DNA of 41,363 bases from a virus: the IMG/VR virus record IMGVR_UViG_3300045988_133265; one strand, given 5' to 3'. The notes under the pieces are model-generated. The model was not told where the DNA came from, ran no database searches, and saw only the letters and a program-made list of their open reading frames with translations. Every line of letters begins with the position of its first letter. Within the stretch, counting starts at the first letter, position 1. Shown here piece after piece: positions 39,801 through 41,363 of the stretch. The position numbers and the translations under genes were made by a program.

Positions 39801-40771
39801 ACCCCGCTGTCCTCCTCGAGTCCGAACAGTTTGCTGGACCCGTCGAACTGGCCCTTCGCCAGGATATCCCAGACCGCGCCGATTCCCGGGATCAGTTTGT
39901 CGTTAATCCAGCCGAAGGCCGTCTCTGAGCCGGTCGCGATCTGGCTCATGAACCCGGTGAGCGCGGGCTTGATCTTGTCCAGGACGCTCATGCCGCCCGA
40001 GACCAGAGCCGCCTCGAGGTTCCCCCACGCGCCCTCGATCGTCTGGGTCGACGTGGCCGCTTCTTTGGCGACGTCCGTCATGCCCAGTTGCATGATCGCC
40101 TGGTTGAACTCCTCGGCGGTGATCTCGCCCTTCTGCATGGCGTCACGGAAGTTCCCCGTGTAGGCGCCGTTCTTGAGCATCTGCTCCTGCAGCGGGCCGG
40201 AAGCACCGGCGATCGCGTCGGACAACTGGTTCCAGTTCTCCGTCGTGAGCTTTCCTTGACCGGCGGTCTGAGTCAGAACCATGCCGACGGACTTGAAAGT
40301 CTCGGCGTTTCCACCAGCGACCGCGTTCAAGTTGCCCGCGGCCTCGGCCAGTTTGTCGTAGTTCGCGACGTTGTTGGACGCGAGCTGAGCCGTTATGTTC
40401 TGTATGTCGCCGAGGCCGTAAACGGTCTTGTCCGCGTAGTCCTTCACGGACGCGCTCAGTTGCTTGACTTCCTCGGACGACTTACCCGCGAACTTGAGCG
40501 TGTTCGCGAACTTGTTCGTCGCGTCGCTGGCGTCGATAGCCTGCTTCGCTATGTCACCGAACAGCAGACCCGTGCCGATCGTGGCCGCCGTGGTCAGCGT
40601 GGTGGCCGCGATCTTCCCGACCTGCTTGAACGCCCCGCCCAGGCCACCGACGATCCGGTTCTCGGCGGGGCGCGTGTCCACGCCGCCCATGGCCTCGCGA
40701 ATCTGCGACTGCAGTTTGTTCGTGGAGATCGCAACCTGGATCCACGCAGTTCCGAGATCGTAACCAGCCAT
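36899..40771 (-). CDS. Tape measure protein with embedded NlpC/P60 peptidase domain and internal tandem repeats
   Basis: At 1290 aa this is the largest gene, located after the G/T chaperones. It has Gly/Ala-rich helices and TM-like segments. An NlpC/P60 signature YVWGGSS...GVDCSGLVYWA...HHIAIA lies at aa ~1104-1210 (nt 37142..37462). Confidence 0.9.
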   Translation of the reverse strand: MAGYDLGTAWIQVAISTNKLQSQIREAMGGVDTRPAENRIVGGLGGAFKQVGKIAATTLTTAATIGTGLLFGDIAKQAIDASDATNKFANTLKFAGKSSEEVKQLSASVKDYADKTVYGLGDIQNITAQLASNNVANYDKLAEAAGNLNAVAGGNAETFKSVGMVLTQTAGQGKLTTENWNQLSDAIAGASGPLQEQMLKNGAYTGNFRDAMQKGEITAEEFNQAIMQLGMTDVAKEAATSTQTIEGAWGNLEAALVSGGMSVLDKIKPALTGFMSQIATGSETAFGWINDKLIPGIGAVWDILAKGQFDGSSKLFGLEEDSGVVDFLFKIGESARAAGDWITGTLMPGLQGVASILFSGDYQGPDKLFGLEEDSGLVDFLFRIRDGAMAAGEWINNTLIPSVQGLASLVFTGDTNKPILGIKPDSALMGFFEGLRDAVSKAVDAALKFSGWVIDNKGVLSTLGVTIGTVVASFYALNTATKAMAAIQSAGSLLQFVAGLNSMKRAVDLAKGAQAAFNVVMNANPIFLVVTAIAAVTAGLAWFFTQTETGKKAWASITAEFKKFLDWIAPYWDTTINALGSTWNTVWGAVSGFFTSYVVPVISGAVSVLSTVWSVLSTAVSTVWNGIKTAISGVVGWISSWVGPVLSGVWTGIKVGVWVLATAIALYFQAWKVAISTVVDWIITYVAPVLSAVWDGIKIGAQALWAGIVWVWDGIKAAAAVVVGWFQTYVQPVLSLVWSGIQVGAQLLWAAMQWVWSGIKTAVFTVVSWFQTYVQPVLSLVWDGIKAGAQLLWDGINWAWNGIKSAVLTVVSWFQTYVQPVISTVWNGIKSSADTLWNGLKTIWDGIKATINTVVTWFQNTVKPIFDTVTTNIKKAFETMKSGIQTVWDGVKSVAAKPINFIINTVYRDGIKKTADSIADKLGLGLRLPAVSGIPGYASGGVLPGYTPGRDVFHFYSPDGGGAIALSGGEAIMRPEWVRAVGGPSAIERMNDAASRGSGRSIPGGDRGAKFAAFADGGIWDKVKGAAKSGWDSATSWISSAADAVSSIISDPLGAVENLMRVPMNLAMKALPGSAFFHDMAGAIPGKWVDSFGEWLKGKTANMAASDIVNAARKAIGATYVWGGSSIPPGVDCSGLVYWAAHQLGSQIPRLTAAGYQAGSTPGGSYNTPGTLLFWGAPAHHIAIASGNGMMVEAPTFGIPVREVPIYGSPSTGLYKFDDGGFLQPGITPVLNATGKPEPVFTGSQWDKIDELLTRQNSPSELTVVDVDGKLVGRMRVEAERVVIAASSDN

Positions 40772-40789
40772 GGGCGGCTCCTTCGTCAG

Positions 40790-41218
40790 TTATACGGACA
40801 GACCGAGCTCGGGGTGACGAGCCAGCCAGTTACGGGCTTTCGCCTTCTCCCTCTCAGCCTTCTCCCGGATCCGGTCCTGCCAGCCGGGCTCCGGCGGCTC
40901 GGGCGGACTCGGGAAGTCTCTTCGTTTCGCCCCCGGGATCGTGGACACGATACGGGACTCGACGCGCCACAACCCGTACAGGATCGCGGCGGTCTCGTCG
41001 GACCAGGCGGCGGAGCCACCGGCCGCGCGCCCCAAGCAACTGCCGGCGGGCAGTCCCCGTAGCAACACGGCGATCCGACGGAAACTGAGGCGGCCCCGCC
41101 ACAGGTCTGACAGGTCGACCCCGTAGACCCGCTGCAGGTCCGCCTCAGCCTCATCCCAGTACCGGTTCAGGACTCCCGGGAGCCCGATGATTCCGGGGAC
41201 TGGGCGGCCTCCGCGCAC
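40790..41218 (-). CDS. Tail assembly chaperone T-frame ORF (expressed as a G-T fusion by -1 frameshift)
   Basis: The ORF is open in the -1 frame relative to the G frame. It overlaps the G 3' end (41167..41218) and ends 19 nt before the tape measure start. Confidence 0.65.
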   Translation of the reverse strand: MRGGRPVPGIIGLPGVLNRYWDEAEADLQRVYGVDLSDLWRGRLSFRRIAVLLRGLPAGSCLGRAAGGSAAWSDETAAILYGLWRVESRIVSTIPGAKRRDFPSPPEPPEPGWQDRIREKAEREKAKARNWLARHPELGLSV

Positions 41219-41363
41219 TTCTCCATGATCTCGCGCATGGCGGCCAGCGGGGCGTGCCCGTCGTTGGCGCGCTTGAGGGCAGCCATGACGTGCGCCCAGC
41301 GGTTACCACACAGGCGGCGGACGATCCGCAGCGACGCCTTGATCCGCTCCTCCTCGGTCTCCG
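41167..41363 (-). CDS. Tail assembly chaperone (G frame), 3' part of the gene that starts at 236
   Basis: This is the in-frame continuation across the junction: ...CGNRWAHVMAALKRANDGHAPLAAMREIMEKCAEAAQSPESSGSRES*. The stop is at 41167..41169. Positions 41309..41363 duplicate 1..55. Confidence 0.7.
   Translation of the reverse strand, partial: ETEEERIKASLRIVRRLCGNRWAHVMAALKRANDGHAPLAAMREIMEKCAEAAQSPESSGSRES
41309..41363. repeat. Terminal 55-nt exact duplicate of 1..55
   Basis: Direct comparison of the two ends shows they are identical. Confidence 0.9.

Noticed and set aside
41309-41363. The 55-nt terminal repeat read as a biological direct terminal repeat or as att/cos ends.
   Set aside because: It falls in the middle of a tail chaperone reading frame and is exactly 55 nt, a common assembler k-mer. 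It is most simply an assembly overlap of a circular contig.
1-41363. Search for CRISPR arrays, tRNA/tmRNA genes, integrase, immunity repressor, transposase or toxin-antitoxin pairs.
   Set aside because: I saw no spaced direct-repeat array, no cloverleaf-like segment in the few non-coding gaps, and no tyrosine/serine recombinase or HTH-repressor-like ORF. The absence is judged by eye and should be confirmed with tRNAscan-SE and HMM searches.

Overview
The window is one complete, circularly permuted genome of about 41.3 kb from a GC-rich tailed dsDNA phage. Its architecture is siphovirus-type and actinobacteriophage-like. The first 55 nt recur exactly as the last 55 nt, which is an assembly overlap, so the unique length is 41,308 nt and one tail-chaperone gene is split by the window edge. 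The minus strand carries the virion and lysis module. It runs from HNH endonuclease through small and large terminase, portal, MuF-like protein, scaffold, major capsid, head-tail connectors and major tail (8932 down to 331). It then continues across the junction with G/T tail chaperones, tape measure, minor tail proteins, endolysin, holin and a membrane protein (41363 down to 29448). The plus strand carries a convergent early/replication arm (9679 to 29407). This arm encodes family-A DNA polymerase, a nucleotide-metabolism cluster, SNF2 helicase, RuvC-like resolvase, Cas4-like exonuclease, a Sak4-like ATPase, an SSB-like protein, primase-polymerase/helicase and a C5 DNA methyltransferase. The two arms meet at a perfect 17-bp hairpin (29409..29446) and diverge from a repeat-rich control region with a lower-GC tract (8933..9678). 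The most interesting content is a contiguous set of genes at 10979..16385: a PolA, a truncated and diverged adenylosuccinate-synthetase homologue (PurZ-like), a MazG-like protein and a deoxyribosyltransferase-like/dUTPase fusion. This matches the logic of the 2-aminoadenine (Z-base) DNA pathway but has no recognisable HD-type dATPase. Other notable features are a reiterated early promoter/operator motif (CGTGATAAACT), three predicted leaderless genes, an invariant early translation-initiation leader, and several internally repetitive proteins. I recognised no tRNA, CRISPR, integrase or repressor. All functional calls rest on reading motifs by eye; no database search was possible.
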